Below, in pieces: positions 25,422-39,697 of a DNA stretch of 64,000 bases (within the stretch, counting starts at the first letter, position 1; each line of letters opens with the position of its first letter). Source of the stretch: Octopus bimaculoides (taxonomy: Eukaryota); assembly GCF_001194135.2 (NCBI RefSeq), contig NC_068992.1, forward strand, positions 8,962,378 through 9,026,377, read 5' to 3'. The translations under genes were made by a program, and so were the position numbers. The notes beneath the pieces were generated by a model. That model ran no database searches, was not told the DNA's origin, and worked only from the letters and a program-made list of their open reading frames with translations.

Positions 25422-28400
25422 ATACAATTAAAAATTGAGATTTCCACAATCCAGTTGAAAAGCAATGATATAACACTTGCAGTAATGGCATAAAAGCTTA
25501 GCTTGCAAATATTATTTTTACTTTATATATCAAGTATTTTTTCTTCATTTCTCTCTTTATTGAGATAAATACATGTGTTCTGAAAATATCATTCGAATAT
25601 ATCAATGTTTCATGTTTCTAATGATATTACAAATTATTGCATTTAGTTTTTCCACTTAAGTTTTTTTTTGTTATGTACTTTTTAATGTAGGAGAACTTAC
25701 TGTAGATTCTATATAAATCCCAGTGCAGGAAGAGAAGATACACTGTACAGTCTAGCTCTGAGATACTAACTAATATTTGTCTCCGAGATGTGTCCTATTT
25801 CATTACATATTCTATATAAAAAGACCTTTATATCATTTGTGCTAGATGTAATTTCCTGGAATTCCATTTATGGAAGAATCTATCTTATACCATTATCACA
25901 GAACTGAACAAATTACTTTCTTCAATGTCTGCAATCAAATAGTTTTTCACTTCATTAGTAGCTACTGGTATTACACAACAATTTCTGTAGAGTTTTCTAG
26001 AAAGATCCTTTCTCTTGTCCTATAAATTCTATCATGTGGTTTAAATAGATTTTTAATAACTTCCTAAGTTGAAGGAGTAATTACATCTTAAACAATCATT
26101 CAAGTAACAGTTAATGTTTGAGATAAAGTTGTTAATATAATTATCATTTTCGAAACTATCAACCTCATGTTCAGAGTATATATTTACAATGTTTAATTTA
26201 CAATATTTCAGTTGGTTTGATCTCTAGTCATAATCTAATCATAATCAGGTGTTTTCTGACTGGATTTGAAATAAGAGTTATTTAATAAGATTGCAATTTA
26301 CTATATGATTAATCTCATAGAATGTGTATTCACTACATCTTGACTGATTCAATTTTATGTTTATGAGTAGGGTTTCCTATTCTTGGATAAGTACACAGTC
26401 CCTGATGGAATTTCAACCAAAAAGTCCTTATCCACTAAGTTACAGATTGTTATGTAAGTGCACAACCATTCTTAGTTTAGAGATAAAAGTTCCTAGTTTG
26501 AATCTAGAATGCACATATTCAAGAGTAAAGACACTTGGTGACAATCGGAGATAGAACTATTCAATAGGAAATAGAACTGAATATTATTATAAATATCCTT
26601 TTTACTATAGGCACGAGGTTTGAAATTTGAAGAAGTGGGATAGTTGATTACATCAGCCCCAGTACTCAACTGGTACTTATTTCATCAACCTCAAAAGGAT
26701 GAAAGGCAAAGTCAATAAACAGTGAAACCTGGGCATCTGCTGTGTATTCCATTAATTGTTTTTAGCACCCAAGTCAGCCCTGATTGACTCATGATCAAAG
26801 CTATTTCAATGATGATAAGATAGAGGACCAGTTTGTCTCCGTAATATGCTTTTGTCAATCTAGAAGTTACATGTAATCCTGCCACCCTTATTACTATAGG
26901 ACAAGCATTTTGGTTTCTCAAAGCAGTGACTGTCTGCCTGTCTCTGAATGTATGTATAACGTTGCCAGCAAAGAGGAGTGAAAGGCACAGGTGATAATGA
27001 CAGTGTCGTGTGTGTATAATCAGAAGTGTATGTGTGTGTGTGCATGTACATGCATGTGCATGTGTTTATACATGTCATGGTCATCATCACCGTTTTTAAT
27101 GTCCACTTTTCCATGTTCACATGGATCAAAAGCAGTTTGTTGAGGCAGATTTTCAAATGGTCAGATACCCTCCTCTCACCCCTCCCCCATCTGTTTCCAT
27201 GTAAGGTAATATTTCTTCGTGACCAGACGTATTTGCACACAATACTAGAAGTGAAGATCACAACTTGCATGATTGTGACTCACTTTACAACTATCATGTT
27301 ATGTCAAGGAGCGCATGCGTACACACGTGTACACATGTGCACATATACAACAGGCTTCTTTCAGTTCCCATCTACCAAATCCACTTACAAGGCTTTTGTC
27401 AACTTGGAGCAATAGTTGAAAACATTTGCTTAACGTGCCATGCAGTGAGATTGAACCCAGAATTATGTGGTTAGGAAAGAAACTTCTTACCATATAGCAC
27501 ACATACACACAAATATCATTTAAACATCCAGACAAATTTTTGGAGAAGGTTTTTGGAAGGATGAAAGGCAATGCCAACCTTGGAAGATACTGAACATAGA
27601 ATGTAAAGTGATGCCACTAAATACCACAAGGCACTGCCCAATGTTGTCCCAATTCTGATAGCACATTGACCTCCATGCATAACAGCCATGCAACACAGGA
27701 AGATTGCAGAAACTTAAATTAAGTGGAAAAATCATGCCCACATTACATAACTAATGTGTGAAACTTTACCAGATAAGAATTCATAAAAGTTATAGCTTCC
27801 TGCAAGACTATTGGCATCTGTTAGTCTTGTAGTATTTTTAACAACAGATGGCACCAGACAAGACCAGTGTTTGAGGTGCATTAAAACCTGGAAGGTGAAG
27901 ACACACAATTGAATATGGAAGTGCTGTATTTGATTGTATAAAAGACACACAGGCCTCCAATAAATATACTCCTATTTCAGTAGTGCATATTTAGAAAGAA
28001 ATGTTTAAGTATTAAAGCTTACGGGAGACCCAGCTTCAAATAAAGGACCCAGGTTGATTTCTTGGTATGATATTTTGAAAAAAAAGAAGTGCATCTCATA
28101 TGGCATCAATTTATGGCAAATCTTGAGTGCTGAGCAATAAGACATTTTGGGATAAATTGGAGAATAGTTTTAATAGCTGGTGCTATACATTGTACACTGT
28201 GTAAATTTGAAACACTTGAAAATGTAGAGCAGCCATTCTTTGAACAACATCATGTTAAAAATCACAACTTTAACAAATTTTAGAAATTTATCCATTATGG
28301 TTTTACAATACAAAAAAAAAAAAAAAAAAAAAAAAAAGGCCAAAATAAAGCAAAAAAAAAACAATAGTCTTTGCACAAAAACAGGATAAATGCTAACATC

Positions 28401-28531
28401 AAAAGAAAAAAAATCCACTATGGTTTTTAACATATAACAATGGTAGGCAGAGAAACTGTTTCACATTTATGTAATATTTGAGTGTGCATCAGAGTGAGTG
28501 GATGGGTGGGTGGCTTTGCTGCTGCCACTGG

Positions 28532-28563
<32 letters not shown>

Positions 28564-29085
28564 TCGTCGTCTTAGCTTTGTTATTAAAAAGTCATTTTAA
28601 TCTTTGGTTAACTTCACATGCAACAACCAACATTATTCATTTAATTCTTTATACAAGACTACATATTTATACAAAACACACACATACATGAACATATGTA
28701 TTTATGCACATATATGAGTGTATGTTAATGGTTAAGATTTAATTATAAATGATATGAATGACATTATAAGAACTAATTCTAGTACAAAAATGGAACAAGT
28801 TGTCCAATGGGAATTGAACCTTATATCTGTTTTATTCCAAGCAACTACATTATCAATTACATCAAAGATTGCCTAGCCATCTCTTACTGTTGTAGACGAG
28901 TGCTTAAAATGTCTTCCATATCAGCATCAGCATCATCGTTTAACATCTATTTTTAATGCTGGCATGGGTTAGATAGTTTAATAGGAAATGACTAGCCACA
29001 GGCTAGGCCATGCTTCAGTTTGTTTCACCGTGGTTTCTGAGGTTGGCTGTTCTGTCTAATGCCAACCACTTTACAGAGTGCACTG

Positions 29086-29125
<40 letters not shown>

Positions 29126-29883
29126 CACTTGCAATTGTAAGGTCACCAAATACCCACAGAACAAGACACCTCAATTGAGTGAGGGCACAGCATTGAGGTT
29201 GGCTTTAAGCCAAGTATTGAGAGGTTTAAAGTAGAGGGACAGGAACAGATGTCTTAGTGAAAGAGGAGATACGTGGCTTCTCCAGTGTGTGTGTGTGTAC
29301 ACATACATAGTTATATATACACACAAACAGCATGAAAGCCAGACATTAAATAATAATGATATTTATTACATGAAAATGCAATATCGATCACGATCAATTT
29401 TCACAGAAAAACATTTGAAACTGCACCTAGTTCACACCTCATGTCAAAAGAAAAGATTTTTATACAATATCCAAAATGTTAAGAAAAAAATTTTCTCATA
29501 ATTTGTTCATTATATACTGTGAAGCATGGGAGTAAACAACATTAGATGTTTGGGTTAAAAATATATGTTCAAGTAAAAGACAATGAATAAAAATTGCATC
29601 TTATTCTAAAAGCAAAGACAAGAAAGATTTGTTCGTTTTGTAATTCAATAACTATTTCTATTATCAAAATATACATATATAATTGTAAGTTATGTTGGTT
29701 GGACGGTTTGACTGGCTGGCACACTGGAAGGCTGCACCAGACTCCAGTCTGATTTGGCATGGTTTTCTATGGCTGGATGTCCTTCTTAACGCCAACCACT
29801 CTGAGATTGTAATGGGAGCTTTATATATTCATATATATACACACATATATATACGTATTTATATACACACATATAAACATACA

Positions 29884-29917
<34 letters not shown>

Positions 29918-29924
29918 AACATTA

Positions 29925-29979
<55 letters not shown>

Positions 29980-31914
29980 ATCAAGGATAAAATCTATATA
30001 AGATTTTATGAAGCAGCCAGCATGTAATAAAACCATAAAGGTAAAAATTAATACAGAATATATAAAATATATCTAATTATATATTTTGCATATCATTATC
30101 ATCATTTAACGTCTGTTTTCCATGCTGGCATGAGTTGGACGGTTTGACTGGGGACTGGCAAGCCAGGGGGCCGCACCAGGCTCCAATCTGATCTGGCAGT
30201 GTTTCTACAGCTGGATGCCCTTCCTAACACCAACCACTTTGAGAGTGTAGTGGGTGCTTTTTACGTGTCACCAGCACGGGAGCCACATGCTTCCACATGT
30301 ACGTACGTATGTATGTATGTACGTACATATGTACACACACACACATGTATACATATATATACTCACATATACATATAAATGTATATACATGTGTATGTGT
30401 GTGTATATAAAAAGTAAACAAATAGTGCTGTATGTATGTATGTATGTATGTTTGTATGTATGTGTGTATATACATATATATATGAAAAAGACACATATGT
30501 CTGCAGAAGCACATTCTGTTACGCCCATCTTTAGGAATATATATTATATTAACAAAAGTGCTTTATGAGTACTTAACAATAAAAGGAAATGCTCACTGCT
30601 ATGACAATAGCATATATTATTAATATAACAAAACTAACTTGAAATCTAATATAATTTCCTTTAATCAGATTTTATTTTTGTAAAATCCATTTCTCAATTT
30701 TTCAGCATGTACGTTATGTTTTATATGTATAGCAGAATATCTTGTCATTTATACCGACACCCACACACACTGATATATTAAGTTGTGCCTTGAAAAGGTA
30801 CCACATTTGCAACATATACGCAGAAGTGTGTGTGAGTGTGTATGTATATATACAGAGAGAGCCAGACAGCCGAGTCAGAGAGAATAGACAGACAGAAGAC
30901 AGATAGATGGATTCTATTAAATTGCTACATGGTACAATCCTGTACATTTCCTTCTTATCATGTAATCAAAAATTAACTTTTCCTATCTGTTCTTTAACTC
31001 TACAGAAAACACCAAATAGTTCATAATTTATACGAAAATTGGTTAAGTACCTTCAATTAAAAATTACCTTGCTACAACTAATTATGGTGTACTCAATGAA
31101 GTTCAGATGTGTCTTATCACAAAGAGTGTGAATCCATCTGTGTGTATACACATGTATGTATACACAATGTGTTTCAGAAGTCCCTTCAGTATTTAAGTGA
31201 CATAAAACTATTGTTTTTTTTTTGTTTTCATTTTGCTATAATTTTCATTTTATGTATATTTTACTGTTTGCTATTTGGTGGTGAATATTCAGTCACTTAT
31301 ATTGTTTCCTCACCCACCCCTTTTTTTTCCTTTCTTTTTAATGATTCAGTCTGGCAGGAAAGACTATGCACACTTGTTTCATCAGCTAAAATGCAAACTA
31401 CTTCGATTTTAGGAACATGATGAAATTAAGTAAATCTCAGCATTCTGTAAATGAGTGTAGAAAGTGAATAAATAGACAAATTACTGAGTCACAGTTTCAA
31501 AATCTAAACTGCCACCACCATCAACAATCAAAGGTGGAGAAATTAGTCTCAAATATATATGAAAATGCAAATGTTAATTTTATCGAGATGTATTAAGAAG
31601 AGAAAAATGGCAACTATTATTTGCATGATTTTCATATTTTATCTCTTAATTTAATAAGGTAAGTGTATAGCAAATGATATATCTTTTATCTTTCACTTGT
31701 TTCAGTCATTAGACTGCAGCCATGCTGGAGCACTGCCTTGAAGGAATTTAGTTGAATGAATCAACTCCAGTATTTATTTTATTGTTAAGTCTGGTACTTA
31801 TTCTATCAGTCACTTTTTTCTGGACTGCTAAGTTACAAGGATGTGAACACACCCCACACCGATTGTCAAGTGGTTGTGAGGGACAAACACAGACACAAAT
31901 ACACAAAACACACA

Positions 31915-32200
<286 letters not shown>

Positions 32201-34897
32201 AGATATATTTCAGGAAGGAGATCTTACATTTTCTCCCCCTGAAGATAGAGGCTCATCTCATCCTATGATGGAATCAATCTGCAAATAATATTTTGAACCA
32301 CTGAGTTCCCCAAAACAGCTGCTGCATTTGTAAAATTTTTCTTCAACCTCTTTAATTCCCTATATTATTTGTATAAGCTGGGCCTTTTTGTATGTATACA
32401 TATATACATTTTTTTGTATTTCGTGTATTTAATATACTTTGTATATTGATTTAATTTGCTTATCCCTACATTTACTTATACACACACACATAAGCACAAG
32501 TGTGACTGTGTGACTAAGAAGCTTGCTTCCCACCCATGTGGTCTTAGGTTCAGTCCTACAGAAATATACTTCAGGCAAGTCCAGGGACAAAGACAAGTAA
32601 AAATAAAAAAGTCAATTAAAAGAAAATTTTCTACCAATACAGTTTAAGGGAGCCTTTATGTGATCTCTGTGGCTGCTAGAAATAGTACCTAAATTTTCTT
32701 CTCTTCACACCTTCATACCGTCTTAATTAAAAACAGGGCACATCATATAATGCAATCCTAGGATACACAATACTTTCTAGCAATGCATTTTAGCCAAGTG
32801 CTGAAAACAAAGGTCACTGAAGCGTTTGTGCTTGAGTGAGTTGATACAGAAGAAGGAGTTATACAAGCTTCATAAATAAATTGCAAAATATAAACCAGCA
32901 CAACAAGCAAATATAAAACAAATACAATTATCAAATTAATTTTTATATTTGAACATTATCGTTTACTTGTTTCCTTCATCAAACTGCGGCCATGCTGGGG
33001 CACAGTCATGAAGGGTTGAGGGAAACATATCGACCCCAGTACTCAGTACTTTTTTCCCCCTAAGTCTGGTACTTATTCTATAGGTCTCTTTTTGATAAGC
33101 CACTAAGTTACAAGGATGTAAACAAACCAACACTAGTTGTCAAGCAGTGTTGAAAAACAAAAACAAACACACATACAGTATATGTGTGTGTGTGTGTGTG
33201 TGTATGTGTGTTGACATGTATATATGACGGGTTTCTTTCAGTTTACGTCTTCCGAATCTAGGTTAGCCCAGGACGAGGGTGTAGATACTTGCCCAAGGTG
33301 CAACTGAAACTGAAACCATGTGATTGGAATGTAAACTTCTTACCACAAAGCCATACATTTGATTTCTTTTAAATTTGTTACTGAACTTATTAAGCATTAA
33401 ATCAACTCAACATTTAATTATTCATTGAAGAAGAAACACAATCAAGCAATCCAGAAGTCACAAACCCATTAATAGTCTTAGAACATTTTATTATTATTTT
33501 TTTTTTAGATGACGAAGAGCTTAAGGGTTTAAGCCAACACTATTAAATTAATATATTTTTAACGATAGTATTTCAAATGAATCGCAAACTAATATTTTTG
33601 ATGTGTGCTCAGAGATCAAAATGGAGTTCTGAAATAGAATTCCCAAAATAAACATATTCTTAAATGGAAGTTGCAGATTCACTTCTGCAATACAGAATTT
33701 TAAAAAAGCCTGAGTTATTTAAATTTATACCTAGGCACAAGCATGGATGTGCGGTAAGAAGCTTGCTTTGCAACCAGATGGTCTTGGGTTCAGTCCCACA
33801 GCATGGCACCTAGAGCAAGTGACTTCTATTATAGCCCTGTGAGTGAATTTGGTAGACAGAAACTGAAAGAAGCCTATTGTGTACATAATATATATATATA
33901 TATATATATACATAGGAAAATGAAAAATAATAATAAGGCAGAATGCTAAACTGGAAGCATATTTTAATAAAGATTTCTAACCGGCTTTCATTGCATAGCA
34001 AATTTTCAAGAAGAGGGAGAATGAAAATGTTTTTTACAAAGAAGTACAAAATGAAGAAAATAATATATAAAAAAATAAATATACCAATACATTATATTGT
34101 CTTTGAGCTTTTAAAGTTCAATGGTAATTCATGTATATNNNNNNNNNNNNNNNNNNNNNNNNNNNNNNNNNNNNNNNNNNNNNNNNNNNNNNNNNNNNNN
34201 NNNNNNNNNNNNNNNNNNNNNNNNNNNNNNNNNNNNNNNNNNNNNNNNNNNNNNNNNNNNNNNNNNNNNNNNNNNNNNNNNNNNNNNNNNNNNNNNNNNN
34301 NNNNNNNNNNNNNNNNNNNNNNNNNNNNNNNNNNNNNNNNNNNNNNNNNNNNNNNNNNNNNNNNNNNNNNNNNNNNNNNNNNNNNNNNNNNNNNNNNNNN
34401 NNNNNNNNNNNNNNNNNNNNNNNNNNNNNNNNNNNNNNNNNNNNNNNNNNNNNNNNNNNNNNNNNNNNNNNNNNNNNNNNNNNNNNNNNNNNNNNNNNNN
34501 NNNNNNNNNNNNNNNNNNNNNNNNNNNNNNNNNNNNNNNNNNNNNNNNNNNNNNNNNNNNNNNNNNNNNNNNNNNNNNNNNNNNNNNNNNNNNNNNNNNN
34601 NNNNNNNNNNNNNNNNNNNNNNNNNNNNNNNNNNNNNNNNNNNNNNNNNNNNNNNNNNNNNNNNNNNNNNNNNNNNNNNNNNNNNNNNNNNNNNNNNNNN
34701 NNNNNNNNNNNNNNNNNNNNNNNNNNNNNNNNNNNNNNNNNNNNNNTATATATATATATACATACATACACACACAAGCTTCTTTCAGTTTCTGTTGCAC
34801 ACGCACACACACACACATATATTGACACTATTAAAAATAAGGATTACTCCAAAGTGGCAATAACTTTACCTTTAATTCTATAATTATACACTGCCTT

Positions 34898-34986
34898 TTA
34901 AGACCAACACGTTTCAATTACACCAATTAGTAATGATTGAAATTGCAATCCTACTATAAAACAGAGCAGTCTCTTCAGAGTCTTAA
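34898..34986 (-). ncRNA. Minimal type I hammerhead ribozyme motif in the PLE 3' region
   Basis: Minus strand reads UUAAGACU-CUGAAGA-(56 nt, degenerate stem II)-GAAAC-GU-GUU|GGUCUUAA. Stem I is 8 bp with one G.U pair, the core is canonical, and stem III ACGUGU is self-complementary. Confidence 0.7.
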
Positions 34987-35129
34987 CTTGATATCCCTCA
35001 GTATGACCATTTAATGTTGTATAATTGAGAGTTGTCCGCTAAGCCAGGCGTGAACAATTTTTATTTCTTATTAGATAATCATTTTCAGTCCATCATTTCA
35101 AAACCTCGTATAGTTTAAATGATAATTAT

Positions 35130-35915
35130 TCATTTATACTTCGCAAATGTGAATTTCCTCATGTGCAAACATCTCAATGCTTGCTCCTGTCTAGAATTTA
35201 TTACATTACTCTTGGATGTGAAAATCCTGTAAAATTCTTCTAAACATAGGTCCCATCTATTAGTTACAGGTCTGTATGGTTTTGCAGTACAAATTAACTC
35301 CCATTTAATCGTAAAGTCCCTATTACTGTCCTTACAAGACCAGATTAATTTGCGAAGACTCATTTGGAACCTTTTATTCTTGTCTTTAAAAGAACTCAAA
35401 CGATGTGCCAATCTCCTCTTGAAAATTAATGATGTCCCACCGATGTAAACGGATTCCTTACCCTCAGGTGTAACTATACATCTATATGTTACATTTTTAG
35501 TTTTACACTTATTTTCCACATAACAGGATTCCTGTTTAGAACAATTGCAAAGATAACTTTTTATATTTCTCTCAGATTTAGTTTCAATGTAATTGCTCAT
35601 TGTAGAATTAAATTCATTTCTACTAAGTTCCTTATTACTATTTACTCCTTTGGATAACGTTATCTTTGTTCTATTCCAAGCTGAACTTTTATTCGATTTG
35701 ACATTATTTATGCTAAATTGGATTTTTTCCCTTTCCACGACATTTAATTTCTTAGCATTCCCTACTATTTGAGTTTCTTTATTCCATTTAATGTTATTAT
35801 GCTTTGAATTTATTACGCTATTCTGATTGTAATCGCTTTTTTGAAATTTCGATATCATTTTAACATTATGTGCTGCTATAATTTGTGCAAAATTACGGCT
35901 AAAACAATAACCCAA
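35130..35915 (-). pseudogene. PLE GIY-YIG endonuclease domain (open for 261 codons, upstream part frameshifted)
   Basis: ORF-track translation with a Cys-rich linker and a GIY-YIG-like VYIG motif; no intact RT upstream. Confidence 0.85.
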
Positions 35916-37283
35916 TCTAATCTTATGTCAATTAAAAATTTTGCAATATTTGTGGTTTCTTGGAAAATATCTTTGAATTTCTATATTAAACAATTTTGAA
36001 AAATTGTAATTGACCTGTTTACCAAATGGAACAATAAACCATATAGTATTCTTCAAGTTAAGATCATAATTTTGATGTTTATACCTGTTTTTTTTCAAAG
36101 GAGTAAGTATTCTCTGATTTCGATCCATTTTAAAGTTAGTGTTCATTTTACTTCTATTTTTATCTTTAAATCTTTTAGTTGATTTTATATTAAAAGAGTT
36201 TGAGATTTTATTACAGATTTTAATACTACGTCCACATTTCCATTAGCAGCATGAGAATTTTTAACCTGGTTATCAACAATCTTACAATTTTTCCTTTTGT
36301 TGTAAATATAATTGTTCATTTGTTTATTTTCACAATTAAAAATCACCTTCTCTTGTTATTTTATCAACGAGAACATTTGATTTTAAATCTTCATTACTAC
36401 ATTCGTTATAAGTAGATTTTTTCATAATATTAGATTTTAGGTCGGCAATATTAAAACTACTATTTAAATCTGATATGCTATTTAACGAATTTTATCATGC
36501 CAGGTATTAGTAGTCTTCATTAAGTTTGAAAATATTCTCATTGACTGATAATTTACTTATTCTAGGCAAAATGTTCTTTATTAGTGAGTTTGTTAATAAT
36601 AATCCTTTCTACTATAGGCACAAGGTCTGGATTTTTGTGGGGAGGGGCACAATCGATCACATCAATCCCAGTACTTGACTGGTACTTAATTTATTGACTC
36701 CGAAAGGATGAAAGGCAGAGTTGACCATGGCAGAATTTGAACTCACAACATAGTGACAGACGAAATAACACTAAACATTTCACCCGGTGTGCTAACGATT
36801 CTGCCAGCTCACTGCCTTCGATAATAATAATAATAATATTGTGGTAGTAGGCCTAAATAACAAAGATAATGATGTTGATTTCAGCTTGGTTTTTCAGCTA
36901 ACTCAATAGCAAGGTTTCAATACAAAACGAAGAAACTGAATGATTCACAACAGTCATGTCCATTTTCAAAAGAGAAAGACAAATCAATGATGCCTCCATT
37001 TCTCTTACATAGGAAACCTTATCAAACTTAATTTACAATCTTCTATCTCATGTTACCATACACAATGCATATGAAATGCTTCATTTTGTGCCTGTAAATA
37101 TATATACATATGTTTACAATGAGAAGTATGCTATGCCAATATGAGGGACGCCCAACTTTAGTTATTGCTACTGAAAGCAATACTGTATTCTCAATATGTC
37201 ACAAAATCATTATAAAATATCAATGCCTTTGTTTATTTTTTTTTAAGTAACACCATATGTTTTTAACATCATATATCTATCTA

Positions 37284-37316
<33 letters not shown>

Positions 37317-38814
37317 GGGAACAAGTGACTAAGAAATTTAGAATAGTTAGAATATTACAGCCCAGTTCCTGATAATGCACTCTCTGGAAAATGAGCTCCT
37401 GACCCAAATAACCATTAGAGCAAATTTAAAACGTCTTTCATATAATATGCACATGTGTGTGTGTGCGTGTGTGTGTGTGTGTGTGTGTGATGGAAAATCA
37501 GCCTCAATAAACTCAGTCTGACCCAAACAAGCATGGAAAAACACATTAAAACAATAATGATAGAGTAGACAGACAGACAATGTATGCATGTATCCATATC
37601 AATAAATAAACAAGATAGCCTGATCTATTCTATCTCAGTAGACAGTACAATATATGTACCTTCAGATAAAACCAGATAACTCCCCAAAAATACTAAACTG
37701 CACGTTTCATATTCAAACGGTCAGTTTTTTTTTTGGGGGGGGGGGTTCAGAAGACTGGAAACAATGGGCATTCGTTTGCAATTATCATGTGATGTCAAGA
37801 CAAGAAGACACCAACTAACTCTCTCTCACAGATACATACAGAACAGGCTTCTTTCATTTTCCATATACCAAATCAACTTACAAGACTATAGTAGAAGACA
37901 TTTACCCAACATGCCACACAGTGGGATTGAACCCATAACTATGTTATTGAGAGTAAGCTTCTCTACTACACAGCCACACCAAAACAAAATTCCACAAATC
38001 TAACATCCTGCACTGTTATCTCCTTCCAATGTATTTTCTCAAAATATCTTAGAAAAATTAATTCTGGATTTCACCCACACACTATGCATTCCTTTCCTCT
38101 AAATCCAGCTGTTTTCCAATATCTTATTAATTTACAACAGTGGATTGTAGATGGATTCAACTTTTGAATAGAGACCTTCCCACACGATCTTAACCCCACG
38201 AAAGGCATCCGCAAAAACTCTGACCCATGTCCAACATTATTTGTTCATTAAAAGAATATTCCATCACAGTTCACCAGTTACTCCAGCTAAGAATGAGAGC
38301 AGTGAAAAGAATGGCATACAAAATGGTTTAAATCGTGTTACCACAAAATAGACAGCCAGAGATAGCAAAGCTGTTAGTATCAATAAGGCTATACAAAGAA
38401 TTCAGGAAATGTTGAAGCTAATATTTGCCAGATAGATCAATGTTCACTGATATGGATGGCATAACATGCAACTAACTAATAAATGGTTTGATTTATGCTT
38501 CGGTATCTTGATGCTGATGCATAGAAATGTTTCTCTTTAAATAGAAAGTATTTGGATGAATTTCAAAGAAAGACTGGCACAATATCGGAAACTTATAAAA
38601 AGGGTCAGAACCAATTTTTTTTTTTTTTTTTTAGTCAGAAGCACTGAGAAACTGCAACGAAGCTAAAGAGATATTTATTTTCAAAGTCAACTTGGCAAAA
38701 GAAAATAAAAGTATTTAGATAATGGACTTTATAACAATGAGCTTAATGAAATTATAGCCTAAGAAATATTTCAATAAAATCAAATATATTTATAGATTAT
38801 GACTGCTAACATCA

Positions 38815-39190
38815 GAAATGTATATCATCATCATCATCCTTATTATTTGAATGTCAGTATTTTTATGCTAGCATTTGGACAAGTCTGTACTTCATTATGT
38901 CCGAGCAGCTTTCAGTCTTTTGGAATGCAGCATGACATTTCTTCATTCAGAACATATATCATCCATTTGCATTACATTCATAACAACGTAGGCATTTCTT
39001 CTGCACAGACTACAACTCATCTGCTGTATCAATCTGTTTGCACTTGACTTGTTTCGGTTAATACTGCATATCAACAACGCAATATTATACTTCAGATGCT
39101 GTAGATTCTTAACATCAACTGCTCATATGATACCACACTTTTTATTTGTGATTAGTTAGCAGATGTAATTTTTTAAGCTACTTCCATCCA
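38815..39190 (-). mobile_element. Degraded LINE 3' end (RTE-like) with (GAT)n tail
   Basis: The minus strand has remnants resembling LRWYGHVMRMDE...KKC and ends gtccaaatgctagcataaaaatactgacattcaaataataaggatgatgatg. Confidence 0.55.
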
Positions 39191-39293
39191 ATTTGAAACC
39201 TAGCCTCTACGTTGCCACCATCATCACCACTGTCATCAATACTGAATACTCAATACTGAAATGGGTTTGATAGCTCTGTATTACAGTATATCT

Positions 39294-39697
39294 GTGGAGG
39301 CGCAATGGCTCAGTGGTTAGGGCAGCAGACTCGCGGTCATAGGATCGCAGTTTCGATTCCCAGATTGGGCGTTGTGAGTGTTTATTGAGCGAAAACACCT
39401 AAAGCTCCACGAGGCTCCAGCAGGAGGTGGTGGCGAACCCTGCTGTACTCTTCCACCACAACTTTCTCTCACTTTTCTTCCTGTTTCTGTTGTGCCTGTA
39501 ATTCAAAGGGCCAGCCTTGTCACACTGTGTCACGCTGAATATCCCCGAGAACTACGTTAAGGGTACACGTGTCTGTGGAGTGTTCAGCCACTTGCACTTT
39601 AATTTTACGAGCAGGCTGTTCCATTGATCAGATCAACTGGAACCCTCAACATTGTAAGAAACGGAGTGCCAACAACAACAACAACAACAACAACAAC
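39294..39697 (+). mobile_element. tRNA-derived SINE, family D, full length with (CAA)n tail
   Basis: Head GGAGGCGCAATGGCTCAGTGGTTAGG...GTTTCGATTCCC with A and B boxes, a long body and an (AAC)n tail. Second copy at 50996-51286. Confidence 0.85.

Larger units (their letters stand above)
34880..36600 (-). mobile_element. 5'-truncated Penelope-like retroelement (end of RT thumb, linker, GIY-YIG endonuclease, 3' region with hammerhead)
   Basis: ORF 35130..35915 has CNC...C...C, VTYRC, VYIGGT..FKRR, KWELI and LCLEEF, typical of PLE GIY-YIG. ORF 35928..36146 has IWFIVPF...FPRNHKYCKIFN (PLE linker). A degraded RISKLSVNENIF lies near 36530-36565. A SINE cuts the element at about 36600. Confidence 0.9.

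Noticed and set aside
27500-28150. Possible decayed transposase or LINE coding region
   Set aside because: Coding-like composition, but no motif I could recognise.
32226-32360. Minus-strand exon candidate with GTAAGA donor
   Set aside because: Stop codons in all frames before the donor.
39294-39365. Functional tRNA gene
   Set aside because: The tRNA-like head does not close a proper acceptor stem and continues into a repeated SINE body; the same applies to the 51286 copy and to the heads of families A and C.
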